This document shows positions 1 through 13,677 of a DNA stretch of 64,000 nt, in pieces; position 1 is the first letter of the stretch, and each line of letters opens with the position of its first letter. Made by a program: the position numbers and the translations under genes. Location of the stretch: positions 1 to 64,000 of the forward strand of contig JAQGDQ010001048.1 in NCBI GenBank assembly GCA_030141605.1. The letters are read 5' to 3'. The notes below the pieces were generated by a model that searched no databases, was not told the origin of the DNA, and was given only the letters and a program-made list of their open reading frames with translations. The stretch is from Tubiluchus corallicola. Lineage: Eukaryota > Animalia > Priapulida.

Positions 1-68
1 TAGAAGTATATTATTCAAGACTTCAAGTGTCGATTCACTTCAGTTTTACAGGCTAACGAGTTCAACCA

Positions 69-1212
69 TAGACATAGACATAGACATAGAACATTTATTT
101 TCTCCAATTGGTTTAATATCAAAAGTTTTTTAAATATTAAGTAATTATAATCATGGAGCAGGGCAAGGAAGGACCATAGGGTCATCTAGTCTCCTGCCCT
201 TTCTTATAATAAGAAAAAATAATAATAAAAACAGTCTAAGTGATACAAATTATCCAAAAACAACTGAAAACAAAAAATAAAAAAGTTGGATACCAAAATC
301 TAAACAAAACAATACAATTATTCAGTAATTAGGATTATTATATGTAGTAGTTTCAAATGGGGTCTTATTAACAGGGGAATTTGACCAAGGTTAGTGAGTA
401 AAGTTAAAAACTGAGAGTATGGAAAGAAAAAATAAGCATAAAAACGTAAAATATATAAAAATTTATGAGAAAAAGTAAGTATGAGAAAGAGCAACAATTA
501 CTTAGGAGATGAGGAGAAAAAAAGAAAAAACTTGCTAGCTTGCTTATTAGTCTTAACCATGTTTCTATTTGTCCTCCTTCCTATCCGTACAACACCCAAA
601 ACTATGTGTACCCCAAAACTTCTAATATGTCGTCGAAGACTTTTAGAAGTATTCAAGACTTCAAGTGTCGATTAACTTCCGTTTTACAGGCTACTGAGTT
701 CAACCATGTTTCTCCTCATCTCCTAAGCAATTGTTGCTCTTTCTCATACTTACTTTTTCTCATACATTTTTCTATATTACACTTTTTTATGCTTATTTAT
801 TTCTATACTCTCAGTTTTTAACTTTACTCACTAACCTTGGTCAAATTCCCCTGTTAATAAGACCCAATTTGAAACTACTACATATAATAATCCTAATTAC
901 TGAATAATTGTATTGTTTTGGTTAGATTTAGGTATCTAACTTTATTATTTTTTGTTTTCAGTTCTTTTTGGCTAATTTGTATCATTTATACTGTTTTTTT
1001 ATTATTTTTTCTTATTTGTTTTTATTTTTGTTATCTGCAGCATCACCGTTAATTTTTAATATACGAATCTATTTATAACAAAGGGCAGGAGACTAGATGA
1101 CCCTATGGTCCTTCCCTGCCCTGCTCCATGATTATGATTACTTAATATTTAAAAAACGTTTGATACTAAACTAATTGGAAAAAATAAATGTTCTATGCCT
1201 ATGTCTATGTCC
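69..1212. repeat. Inverted pair of a roughly 450-500 bp retroposon-like 3' fragment inside a direct duplication
   Basis: About 69-515 is the reverse complement of about 709-1212 (AATAAA then (ATGTCT)n tail). Flanks 1-68 match about 644-707, and about 564-599 match about 1216-1249, in direct orientation. Confidence 0.85.
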
Positions 1213-1544
1213 ATGTCTTTGTCCTCCTTCCTACCCGTACAACACCCAACTCTCAGTAAGCTGTACAGAAGACATTTACAATGTCGTTACATAATCATAA
1301 ATCCATATACAGACGAAATGATTACAGCTCAGCCCCACCCTGCATCAGGCTGGCACCACATTTGAGTCAGCTGATCAATACCGGAGATGGTGCGTTACAA
1401 CTGCTTGGCTTCAAATCAATGAATTTCTTGCACGCCATGTGTGCGAAGCCAAACACAGGCAACACGAGTGAACTATGTACAGACCCCCTAAGGCATACTA
1501 CAAGCTTCAGAAATCTAGAACATACAAATAAGAAGATGCAGGAA

Positions 1545-1603
1545 GAGGAGAGGAGAGGAGAGGAGAGGAGAGGAGAGGAGAGGAGAGGAGAGGAGAGGAG
1601 AGG
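1545..1603. repeat. (GAGAG)n microsatellite
   Basis: Direct reading. Confidence 0.95.
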
Positions 1604-2942
1604 ATACTCAGGGCAGCGAGGAAGGATACCGTTTGAATGCAGATCATTTTTATCGACACAACTAAATATGGAAATCTCACTTTTTATAGGTGGAAAGACA
1701 TACATTTCTACCTGTGTTACAAGCCAAGTTGATAGATAAGTAAATAAGTAAACAAACAAACAAACAAACAAATAAATAAACAACTGAATTAATTAAAGCA
1801 AAACCAAACCCAATATTAAACTGCAGGTCAAAACAATCTACTCTTTAAAATATATGGAAAAAGAACATGCTATTTCTTTCAAAAATGACTTACGTGAAAG
1901 AATTATTACAACACAAATGTAATTTCACGTTGGCGCCACTAGTTCTTCACTGTTACATGCATTTCGCCATTTACTAGTCAGACGGGCAATAGCGCCTGCA
2001 TTTATTCTTTAATCTATTATTTAATTATGAGAAACGCTTTTGCAATATTAATCGCATTAAAATGTATACTTTTCATCGGATTTGCAAATGGGGTAGTACA
2101 TGAAAAATCATTCCGTCTTCCTGTAAAGGAAAACCGGATCATTGTGTAAACATTCGTTCAGAATAAAGAATGCTTTAAAATATTGAAAACTACAATAGCT
2201 TTTTGTAAATCAAAGCTTAGATTAAATAATAACCTCGGATACTCAAACTTTTAAAGCTATGTGTAGCTCAGTGAATCTACTAAGATTGGCAGCGGCGCCT
2301 TTTTGTCACATTCGCGTGGCCGACAAATAGAAGGCGGTATCGTGATAAGGATGATCCTGAATTACAGTGTTAGTTTCTGACATCATATGATGGAGAACCC
2401 ATTTTTCGTGACATCATGCGTCTAAACAGTACTGTAACACCTATGCAAATGTGCTTGACACGCAAGGGAAGACGCCTGCCATTGTACAAACTGTGGTTAG
2501 TTTCTGACGTAAACAATAGCTGTATTCGGTTGCCGTTAATTAACTTTCTAAGCTAATTATTCAAATATAAGAAACAATTGTTAACTTTTATAGGCATTAA
2601 AATGAGATTGAATCTAAACAATCATCCTGTCTTCCTTTACGTAGTAATCTGATTGTTAAATCTGAAAATCGTGAACCATGTTGTTACTATTAATGAACGC
2701 GTGTGCAATAATGCACTTGACATATCATCACATCGCGTGCAAACAATGACAATGAAGATATCACACGTACTGAAATCACAGAGTTGATTTGTTTATGAAC
2801 CACGGGGGAATAATTCCCCCCAAGGAGAGAAATTTAGGTTTTTAAGGACAAAACTGGGAACAGGGACTAGCAGGCCCAGTAGCAATATTAATGGAACATT
2901 AATCCGCAAATTACAATCCTGTAAATTACACATGATCTACGG

Positions 2943-3444
2943 CAGGGGTGTGCAAATTATCTGACTAGCCGGGCCATATTAAACTTTCCCGCAATTCCTG
3001 TGGGCCACAGGCAGTTTGATCAAGGAACCAAGTACAGAAGGGCCTAATAACGATTTTTTTTGCATCCGACCTGCGTACATCATTACTACTACCCTCAAGA
3101 AACTATTTTAGAAGTTATTAAAATTTATATTACAAACCATATATTTCTACTTTCAGGACAGATACTGGTAATTTCATTACAATGTATATTAGTAATGTGT
3201 ATCACACAGTCTGCGTAGTACAGTGACATTAAGCTACAACCGTCTTGTAAGGGTTAATGGCATCCGATCTAGTAGAAAAAACTACCCGCCCTATCTTTGG
3301 GAGCGTGGCACGGACTTCAGCTGGATACACTCAATTAATCGCCCGGGCCGCACTTTCATTAGGTTGACAAATCTCTTCGTGGGCTGCACAAATTCTCTCG
3401 GCGGGCCCGCAAGTGGACCGCGGGCCGCAAGTTGCACACCCCTG
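2943..3444. mobile_element. hAT-type MITE (family A)
   Basis: TIR CAGGGGTGTGCAA...TTGCACACCCCTG, imperfect 8-bp TSD. Reverse-orientation relative at 21836-22269. Confidence 0.8.
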
Positions 3445-4537
3445 CGCTACGGGATATCAGCCTACTAAATGCCACAGAATAATTCATCACTATTTCTACA
3501 CAACTTTTCAAATCTTATCAACATTTGTTATTGATGTTAAATTGTAAAGATCCACTACCTGTATAAAAATTCTCCAAGCAAATCTGACATGTGTAGAATG
3601 TTGGAAAATGAGGCGCAACATTCTAACATAACACGTCATATTATGGCAAAAAGGATGCATGGTGCAATGCACTAAAAATCAGACAATCTCCGAAAAAAGG
3701 GAACGACATTCTCACTTCTAATAAGCCTTTTCACAGTTCCAGCGATTGATGATGATCGTGAAAAGATCAAAAGTTAAGTGTACCACAGAACGCATTTGCA
3801 TACACTTAACAATGCCTCGCCGCTCACACTACTGTAATAGTAACAGTTTTAACAGCTAGCTAGAATCTTACCTAGTTCATTTTTTCTTGGTCTCAAGCAA
3901 GATCCTGCCAGTGAATCACCATATGCACTCTATGCAGATTAATACATAGTTACGAAAAATCCGTGTAAAACAACTGAAGTTACTGAACCGATGTGGTAGA
4001 CAGCTTTGCTTTACCGACATGTCACGTGATGATTGCAGTTAACACACGTTGCTCTAGTACACTTAAATTTTGGCTTACGGCAAGTGCGTGTGTGCAAAAC
4101 GAAACCGAGAAAAGGCTTAATATAGGCGAAAATGATGGATGGAGGAAAAAAGACTCATAATCACTTAAACAGATTGTTCATGCTAGCACTTACAACATAA
4201 CAGGACACAATAAAAGTTTTAACGACGCGCGCGCATTGAACGTTTCGAATTCGATTAAGATTTTTAATTCAAGAATTTTTTATCTAAAATTATGGATTCA
4301 AATTATTCACTTCTCTAACAACGTCTTTCATCACCAAAACGCTTGAAGCATCAAAGCAATCAAGACAATCTAGCGCAAATTCTATGTATAATTTTAAACA
4401 AATTATTAGTGTCTTTATTACACACAACAAAATCAAGTAATATGCACAATCTTTGCGAGACCGCTTTTTATTTCGTGTTCAAAACTAAAATGTTCAAATC
4501 GAATTCATTTTCACGCTCACCCCCTGAATGTTTACAA

Positions 4538-6583
4538 CATCGTTCATTCCGCTATCTCGTGCATCGTTCATTTCACTATCTCGTCCATCGTTCATTTCAC
4601 TATCTCGTGCATCGTTCATTCCACTATCTCGTGCATCGTTCATTCTACTATCTCGTGCATCGTTCATTCCACTATCTCGTGCATCATTCATTCCACTATC
4701 TCATGCATCGTTCGTGCATCATTCATTCCACTATCTCGTGCATTGTTCGTGCATCATTCATTCCACTATCTCGTCCATCGTTCATTCCACTATCTCGTGC
4801 ATTGTTCGTGCATCATTCATTCCACTATCTCGTGCATTGTTCATTTCACTATCTCGTCCATCGTTCATTCCACTATCTCGTGCATCGTTCATTCCACTAT
4901 CTCGTGCATCGTTCATTCCACTATCTCTTCCATCGTTCATTCCACTATCTCGTGCATCGTTCGTCCATCGTTCATTCCACTATCTCGTCCATCGTTCATT
5001 CCGCTATCTCTTCCATCGTTCATTCCACTATCTCGTGCATCGTTCATTCTACTATCTCGTGCATCGTTCATTCCACTATCTCGTGCATCATTCATTCCAC
5101 TATCTCGTGCATCGTTCATTCCACTATCTCGTGCATCGTTCATTCCGCTATCTCGTGCATTGTTCATTCCACTATCTCGTGCATCGTTCATTCCACTATC
5201 TCGTGCATCGTTCATTCCACTATCTCGTGCATCGTTCATTCCACTATCTCGTGCATCGTTCATTCTACTATCTCGTGCATCGTTCATTCCACTATCTCGT
5301 GCATCGTTCATTCCGCTATCTCGTGCATCGTTCATTCCGCTATCTCGTGCATTGTTCATTCCACTATCTCGTGCATTGTTCATTCCGCTATCTCGTGCAT
5401 TGTTCATTCCGCTATCTCGTGCATCGTTCATTCCGCTATCTCGTGCATCGTTCATTCCGCTATCTCGTGCATTGTTCATTCCACTATCTCGTGCATCGTT
5501 CATTCCACTATCTCGTGCACCGTTCATTCCACTATCTCGTGCATTGTTCATTTCACTATCTCGTCCATCGTTCATTCCACTATCTCGTGCATCGTTCGTG
5601 CATCATTCATTCCACTATCTCGTGCATTGTTCATTTCACTATCTCGTCCATCGTTCATTCCACTATCTCGTGCATCGTTCATTCCACTATCTCGTGCATC
5701 GTTCATTCCACTATCTCGTGCATTGTTCATTCCGCTATCTCGTCCATCGTTCATTCCACTATCTCGTGCATCGTTCATTCCACTATCTCGTGCATCGTTC
5801 ATTCCATTATCTCGTGCATCGTTCATTCCACTATCTCTTCCATCGTTCATTCCACTATCTCGTGCATCGTTCATTCCACTATCTCGTGCATCGTTCATTC
5901 CACTATCTCTTCCATCGTTCATTCCACTATCTCGTGCATCGTTCATTCCACTATCTCGTGCATCGTTCATTCCACTATCTCGTGCATCGTTCATTCCATT
6001 ATCTCGTGCATCGTTCATTCCACTATCTCTTCCATCGTTCATTCCACTATCTCGTGCATCGTTCATTCCACTATCTCGTGCATCGTTCATTCCACTATCT
6101 CGTGCATCGTTCATTCCATTATCTCGTGCATCGTTCATTCCACTATCTCGTGCATCGTTCATTCCATTATCTCGTGCATCGTTCATTCCACTATCTCGTG
6201 CATCGTTCATTCCACTATCTCGTGCATCGTTCATTCCACTATCTCGTGCATCGTTCATTCCATTATCTCGTGCATCGTTCATTCCACTATCTCTTCCATC
6301 GTTCATTCCACTATCTCGTGCATCGTTCATTCCACTATCTCGTGCATCGTTCATTCCACTATCTCTTCCATCGTTCATTCCACTATCTCGTGCATCGTTC
6401 ATTCCACTATCTCGTGCATCGTTCATTCCACTATCTCGTGCATCGTTCATTCCATTATCTCGTGCATCGTTCATTCCGCTATCTCGTGCATCGTTCATTC
6501 CACTATCTCGTGCATCGTTCATTCCACTATCTCTTCCATCGTTCATTCCACTATCTCGTACATCGTTCATTCCACTATCTCGT
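4538..6583. repeat. 24-bp minisatellite, roughly 85 copies
   Basis: Unit CATCGTTCATTCCACTATCTCGTG with single-base variants. Confidence 0.98.
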
Positions 6584-7327
6584 GAACATTCGTGATCGAA
6601 CAGCAATTTGCAAGGTTGCTTTTTAAACTAGGCAGCACAGACTTGACTTAGAGATTGCTTAATAACTGTTCAGCCATTTCTAATTTTGCCTCATTTTCCC
6701 CTTACCTGAACGAAATCATAACGAATTCAACAGAAGTCCTCAAAACTCTAGGTGAATTTTTCAAAATTAGATTTATTAAAGCATTCCTGAAGCAAACATT
6801 TTTAGAGTTTGGCACTTTGCCAGCTAGGATATAACACTGAGTGACAGGAATATTTAATATAACTGTGACAGGGGTGGAACCTTACTCATTATCAAGGCTA
6901 ATCCCTGAGAGGAGCAACTGCACTGGCAGAAGTGACTTAGCCATGAAAGAGCGCAGCTTCAATTAAGCAAACAGCCCGACTCAATATGACGAATGAAACT
7001 TTCCACAATGAGTAATGAAGCCAGCTAATTACTGACCAGCCTTAATGTTGCCTAATTTTGGTCGCAGAGTGGACCCCGTGACCACTCAGCTTACCACCCC
7101 CCACCGTACAGTACTACCCTAACTAAGGAATTAATGGTCGCTTGCGAATTCTAATTTTATAGAGTTTTAGTGCCAAAGTCAGCAATGACATAACATTTTT
7201 AGTAACTCTTGTACAACAAACCACTAAACCAGAATTTATAACGTCAACACTAAAGCGGAACACTAGATACATACTAATCAAACACGTAATCTTACATCAC
7301 TATTAAATTAAACTTTTGCATACTTAC

Positions 7328-7403
7328 TCTTTATCAATATCTGAAGTGCTTGAATACTAGGAGGTCCCATTCCGGAATTATACGGTATGACTGTCGTCAA
7401 GTA
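7328..7403 (-). CDS. Unc-76: Unc-76/FEZ coding exon 6 (final exon not found in window)
   Basis: TTTTCTTTTTGCAG| then YLTTVIPYNSGMGPPSIQALQILIK plus A|GTAAGT. YLTTVIPY is the conserved FEZ C-terminal motif. Not in the ORF track. Confidence 0.92.
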
Positions 7404-7595
7404 CTGCAAAAAGAAAATCAAGCTCATGTTGTACTATTTGCACACAAATTTTGCATTTAATAACACACCAAAGAACTTTAATTGGACTGTATTGCCACCC
7501 ATCTTGTTAGCTAGTCTGTTATACACCGTGTATGAGTAGCATGCCTAATCTGCTAATGACACTACAGTAATAGCATAGTGCAATAATGACCATTG

Positions 7596-7880
7596 TTGGC
7601 ATCCTTCTGTCTCGGAAGACAATGGAGTGTGCGCCAAGAGAGTCAGTTATTGATCGCATTGATGGAGCTGCAGCGTCGACTGTGGCTGAGCAGTCCGGTC
7701 CGTGAACCACTGGAATGGCCGCTCCAGGGCGCATGCCTGGGCAAGGTGTATGGAGATCCTGAGTAGCCCAGACAACAGGAACCCCCTCTCTTCCTTGCTG
7801 GTGTAGTCTAAAGGAAAGCGGAGCGATACGTTTGGCACCAGGTTGGCTGTAGGAGATGCCGGAGTCAGTGAGCATGCTGC
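7596..7880 (-). mobile_element. Retroposon fragment sharing the 3' body and tail of the 5S SINE
   Basis: TTGGCATCCTTCTGTCTCGGAAGACAATGGAGTGTGCGCCAAGAG...GGAGTCAGTGAGCA matches about 63075-63330. No 5S head. Confidence 0.8.
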
Positions 7881-8674
7881 ACTGGTCCGCCTTCAAGGCT
7901 CCACTCCACCTGTATGTCAGCGTGCTGAAGACATTTGATTAGAGTCAATTGCTAACAGTTTTTCTATACTTTTACATTGGAGTGACCTGTACTGGACGTT
8001 TTTGAGACAATTAGGTGATTGATTCTACATTACTGTGAGTCTAATACAGGCGCCTGTATGGCACCTACTGTATTAGCTTAGTATTGGTAAATGCAGACAA
8101 TCAGCAAATTCGGACCGACGTCTTCCCACTTCTATCCAGCAAACAGAGATATGAGTGTACTAACGAAACCGACAGTAAAGTATGAAAAAATTTTGCGCTC
8201 CCAGGGATTCGAACCTGGGCCTTCTATTGTCCGGAAGCTACGCTAACCACTACAACGTCATTCCATGGTGTTCTAATTTATTACATTCCACGTCGCTTCC
8301 CATCATTATTTTGGACATCCCAAGAATCGTACACTCGAACATAATTCTGAACAGGAGAACAACTGGTCGAAAAAAGTTGCAGATGTTTGTGTCAGGTCTG
8401 AATGAAGCCACGTCTTCGCTTAAGTGGGTGCTGGCTTCATTTTGGGAAGCTGTTTTTCCCACCACCAATCAATAATTCTCTACATTTTCCTTGCTAATGT
8501 TCTACATAAATCAAACGTAGGACAACTCTGCGGGTTCGTTTCCGGGGGCAGGAAAACTTTTACATTTTTCTCGGCGAGTTTACTGATTGTGTTTAAACGC
8601 ACCAGTCAACAGAAAGCATAAATTTAACTTAATGTATAACTACAAATTACAGCCTTCCAACTTTTAAGCTAAAT

Positions 8675-9100
8675 CAGGGTTCCCACAGAGTTTTAAAATA
8701 AATTTCCTGACTTTTCACTGACCAAATATCGATTTTTCGTGTCTAAGATGAGTAGAAATTGCATTACCAAATATTGCATTACCAGTATACATATGCAAAC
8801 ATTTTTGAACATGTACTGATATATAATGTGTCGGTCAATCATTATTTTTGGAACAGAAATCGAAACTGGGAGACTGCCATAGCAAAATTTTATTCGAACA
8901 CGAATCGCTGAAAAATGCGTTTGGAAAAATATCGATTCACTGTGAATATTTTTGCAACCCTTTCCAATTTTCCTGACTTTTTACCTCATTTTCATCATTT
9001 TCCCTGACTGTTTACCAAATTAACTTTATCCCTGACTTTTCCAGGGACTTTCCAGGATAGCCTGTATTTTCCAGGATTTTCCCTGACCGTGGAGACCCTG
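8675..9100. mobile_element. MITE
   Basis: Imperfect TIR CAGGGTTCCCAC...GTGGAGACCCTG with subterminal TTCCCTGAC repeats. Confidence 0.65.
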
Positions 9101-9163
9101 GCTAATGATTAACAACCCTCCCGCCACTCAGACTTCCTCCTCTGATTATTCAAAGCAACCTAC

Positions 9164-9402
9164 CGAGCGTCCTTCTCCACTTTTCTCCTTCTTCTTCTTG
9201 TTCTTCTTCTCCATCTGCAGCTGCCTGCGTTTATTCTGGATGCTTAGCAACAGCGAGATGAAGTGATTCTTTAACTCCTTCTCGTACTCCAGCTCGTCCC
9301 GTAAAGCCAACTCTCTGACTAGCGTCTCCGAGTGCTCCTTTATATTGCACTCCATCTCCTCGTAGATGCGAGTCAAATCGCTCACAGATGACTCTTCCAG
9401 TT
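9164..9402 (-). CDS. Unc-76: Unc-76/FEZ coding exon 5 (coiled coil)
   Basis: TTTCAG|AA then LEESSVSDLTRIYEEMECNIKEHSETLVRELALRDELEYEKELKNHFISLLLSIQNKRRQ...GEGRS, then |GTAGGT. LALRDELEYEKELKN is the FEZ coiled-coil signature. Confidence 0.95.
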
Positions 9403-10283
9403 CTGAAATGCAGATATCATGTAAAACCATAGATAAAATTAAAAAAGCTGTCAATGTCGCACATTTAATTCGCAATTCTTAATTTAAAGTACTACAATAA
9501 TAATTTAATATGTGCTGCTACCTACATTTAAAATTATTTATTATTGAACTTAATCAAGTTCAATCCAATGCCAGCCAAACGTGTAAGTATTAAATAAGTG
9601 CAGCATCCCTACTTCGTGGAAATTCACTTATCCCGGGTGGGCCTGGAGTGGAACAGCCGCAATAAGTGAGGGAACACTGTACAGGTTGAGTACAAATTGA
9701 CTCTAATTAAACCACTTTAGCATGCTGAATTACAAGCTACACACGTGTCATTACGTGCTGCTTGGATTCGAATTCGAAATACTGAAATTCCATTTGATTC
9801 GAATTCGAAAGTCACAAATTCGACTCTAATTCGATTTCTTGCAGAGAATGCTCGCCCCTAGTCAATGATACTGTAACCTGCAAAAACTGACAGACCAAAT
9901 TGCAGGTCATAGATTTACTATGATACGACAGCAGCTGCCATTAGAACGAATCTATCCACAATAACCATGGAAACCACAAGGGCAGGAAAATAATTAAATT
10001 TAATCGACTGGCGTCATGGGGAAGCTGAATGTCGCGTGCAGAACCTCTTGAAATCTGAGCAAAAACACTAAACAAACATGCGACGGACGAGGAGAGACAC
10101 CATTGTAAATGATTTCAGTATGGCGTCATACAAATAAACTTGAATTGAGTTCTACGACTGCAGTAAATTCGGGAAAATGCGAGATTTTTGAGGGAGCAGT
10201 TACGTCAATAATTTGGCTATTCGCTTCTTTATGGAAAATGAATGAAGCGTGAAACTGAAAGCCTCCGTAGCCTCTGTGGAGAT

Positions 10284-10641
10284 TAGGGGTGAGCATTCTC
10301 TACCAAAAAGCGAATTCGAATCGACCCGAACTTCAGTGTTTCGAATTGGAATTGAGATTGAACGATTTGGAACAAGTTTTCGAACCACCAGTAAAAATTA
10401 GTCTTACAAAGATCATGCATATCACTAGATTTTTTCTGCAGTAAAAGGACTAGCAATTTTTTTTAAAGTTGTGTGCAGAAATCACAGCTAAATTATGCTA
10501 ATTGCATGATGTTTCAATCGTTTTAATGAGCAGGAACATATGTGATTGAAGTGCTGAATTAGTCGAATCTATATTCGAACTAAAAAACTCGTTCGAATTC
10601 GATTCGAATGTTCGAACTCGAACGTTCGATGCTCACCCCTA
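10284..10641. mobile_element. hAT-type MITE (TTCGAA-rich)
   Basis: TIR TAGGGGTGAGCAT...ATGCTCACCCCTA, perfect 8-bp TSD GTGGAGAT. Related fragments at about 9765-9860 and 24100-24200. Confidence 0.88.
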
Positions 10642-11373
10642 GTGGAGATGCAAAAATGTGATTGTTCAAAAACCATGTTAAACGACGTTAAGCTAGCTGA
10701 ACTATGTACACCGTTACTGAAAGTGCATGATAAACCATAGATGCAATAAAAATTAATGTTAAATTGTTTATCATCTTTAACTCCTTCAGGAATGCACCAT
10801 TCAAAATAGGTGTGATAAGACCAATTACTTTTCTGTTATTGTATATGCACAGTAAAATGCTCCATTAAAAATAGAAAAATCTTATTTTCAAACATTTTGT
10901 TGCCTATATTTCATAAATAAAATTAAACGTGATTTTGCTCAAGTAAATTCAAACATGGTTCGATATTTCGGTTAATTGGGCCCGAAAATCCTAAAACTTC
11001 ACAGTCGTCAGCACGAAGGTGTGCCACATTGCCGGTAAGAGTGCATCAGAAGCTGTTATGTAAACGACATTTTCGCTTTATTTGAACTAAATTAGCCAAA
11101 ATTTTGGACTGGTTTTTCACATCTAGGAAAAAATTGGATAATTAGGTAAATGCTAGTAAAACCTAGGAAAATGCTACGGAAAAGTTATCCGAATTTCGGC
11201 TACGAAAGTAAATAAATTTCACCGAAACCGAAACTTAACCGAAAGTGCAATTATCGGCAAACCGGAACGAACTTTGGTTTCGGTCACATCCCTGGTAATG
11301 TTGCAGCTTGTGTACTCCACTTTACTTCCAAATGAGCATTTCACACTTAAGTGACCCCCTATGCAGTCAATAA

Positions 11374-11818
11374 GTCTTTTCACAGTTTTTTGGTGTTGCT
11401 GCAGGTCAAAGGTTAAGTGTACCAGCAAAGTGTCTTAAACTACACACGTCACGTGACATGTGGGTAAATGATGATAACGATAAATCTTTTATTATGCCTC
11501 TATTTGCAGACTCAAAACATATGTATTAATGCGAGCAAAGCAAAGTCATCTGCTGCATCGGTTCAGTGACTTCATTTGTTTTACCTGCACGTTACTTAAC
11601 TATGCGTTAGTCTGTGCATAGAGTGATTTACTAGCAGGACCTTGTTTGTGAACAAGAAAAATGAACTAGGTAAGGTTCTAGCTAGCTGTTGAAACTGTTA
11701 CTATTACAGCAGCATGGACTGCGAGGCATTGTCAAGTGTACACAAATGCGCCGTTTGGTACACTTGAACGTTTGACCTTTTCACGATCATCATCAATCGC
11801 TGGAACTGTGAAAAGGCT
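11374..11818. mobile_element. MITE family B (possibly PIF/Harbinger-like); other copies at about 3724-4116, 30370-30790, 35460-35810, 48925-49235, 56833-57145
   Basis: TIR AGYCTTTTCACAGTT...AACTGTGAAAAGGCT. Shared internal motifs GGTCAAAGGTTAAGTGTA and AAAATGAACTAGGTAAG in all copies. Confidence 0.75.
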
Positions 11819-13677
11819 CATTGTTACCTACAGAATTACCAAGCGCAGCTTTTACTCTCGTGTACAACAGTAATTTCTGCAGAGTGGCTATCACGGTCTA
11901 TTTATCTGTCTCAGTAATTTCTTTCCTTGCCATAAATGAAAGCACTATTTTTACTCTCATGAATAACAGTAATTTGTGAGTAGTAGGGCATCCCGGACTA
12001 CTTTACCCGCCTCGTTAATTTTCTTTTCTCGCCGTAAATGAATCCATCAAGTGGAACTCGAATCCATTAAGTGGAGCTCGGATCTATTCACTGTTTAATA
12101 TTGACCTGCTCCTGCTACTGCCGGCAAACAGGACTCTGATTACTCACCGGGCTTAGTGTCCATGAGAATCTACAGAATGTAACACTCAGCATCGCAGGTA
12201 TTGATCTGCAACTTCCTCATCCTCACAGCATCCCTGACATCCGGTGTATGAATCACTAGTACCAATTACACGGCAAATATCGACCCGAGGGTTACAATGA
12301 GGGGCAAAGAGTTAAGTGACAATGGTTTGCAAATTGATGCACTTTGCATACATCAAGTGGAGATATCAATTCCGATGCCTCGCACTAGTGAATCTGCATA
12401 GAAAATGGACGGGCGACTAAAGAAATTTCAGAATTTTTGTTCTCGACAAACTGAAATGTGCAAATTTTAATGCATCAATTAAATAAGTCTTCAAAATTAT
12501 CAGATTCTGACAGTTTGATTCAGTTCCCTATTTGAAAGTTCATTTAAATTTCTGTTTGGCTAGCTCACTTTTCACTTCATTTAATACGTTTTTTATTATT
12601 TTTTATTTAATATTATTGTTATTATTTTGCATGTTTTCTCATTTTGAGTTATACATGGACGATATGACAGCTTGAATTTTGATCATTTTTATATTCATTT
12701 GTACCACATTATTTGGCTTTTACTTACCATTGCTTTTTCTTCATCATTTTCCTGTATGTTTAGATATTTTTGATTGCATTTTCATCCTTCAGTTATTTAA
12801 AGTTGATTAGTGAATTTTAAACAGATCAAGTTGCTAAGTAAAATAGTAATAATGTAATTTCACTACTATTCATGAGTGAAATAGCTACAGTGTCATCCCA
12901 ATAATCACATACATCCATTGAAGGATGGCTTGACTAGTTGACCTTCTTGGTCTTTCGCCATCCTATTTCCATTGTGATAATGAAATACGTTTACTTGCCT
13001 CAGTTATATCATGAATATGGAAATAAATGCACGTTTTGAATTGAAATTGAATTGAATTGACAAAATTTAAAACGTTAATGATATTAATTTAACATTTGTC
13101 TTTGTTCTTACGTTCAGCCCGATCAGGCCACTGCAGGCAAATAATACAAATACTGCGATCATTTTTACAAGGTTTGTATGGACAGAGCAACTAATATACA
13201 AAATGTCCATTTTCTCTGCCTTTCTTAAATTCACATCACAGCAGGAGTTTAATCAATTTTTCATACAACAGTAGAACTATGACACTACAAGCGGAACTCA
13301 CAGTTCCTGCAAAAAAAGCTGGATGCATATATAATTATTACATTAATTTTTGGATAAATCCATAGCTATTCTCTTTACTGCATTGGCAAATTCAAAATCT
13401 ACACAAGTAAAATTTAGCACGGTGCTTTGTTAGCTTGCCTCATTTCTACTATAGATTAAGAATTTTTCAATTTTCTCTAATAGGTGTCACTGTTAAATTA
13501 ATGTCGTATTCACGCATCAGTTTTTACCTTTTTTGATGCGGGTAATTTTGTGCGGTTAATAAAGATAAACGAGATGCTTGTCGCCGGGGAAAAGTGAAAG
13601 CGCACAAACCCGGAAGCAGCAAATTGTTATAAAGTGAGTTGGAAGCGGTGTGACTCAGTAGATGAGTGTCATAACTT

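Noticed and set aside
1367-1515. Possible last exon of Unc-76 after TTCTAG acceptor
   Set aside because: The phase-1 frame stops almost immediately and no frame resembles the FEZ C-terminus.
4185-4215. LCPVML* on the minus strand resembling the FEZ terminal LCP motif
   Set aside because: No splice acceptor in front and no preceding conserved residues; likely chance.
4343-6626. Long ORFs (up to 750 aa) in several frames on both strands
   Set aside because: They are translations of a 24-bp minisatellite whose period is divisible by 3; no non-repetitive domain and no exon signals.
8190-8265. tRNA-like sequence on the minus strand (TAGTGGTTAG, GGTTCGAATCC)
   Set aside because: A and B boxes are present but I could not form acceptor and anticodon stems; probably a repeat-derived remnant.
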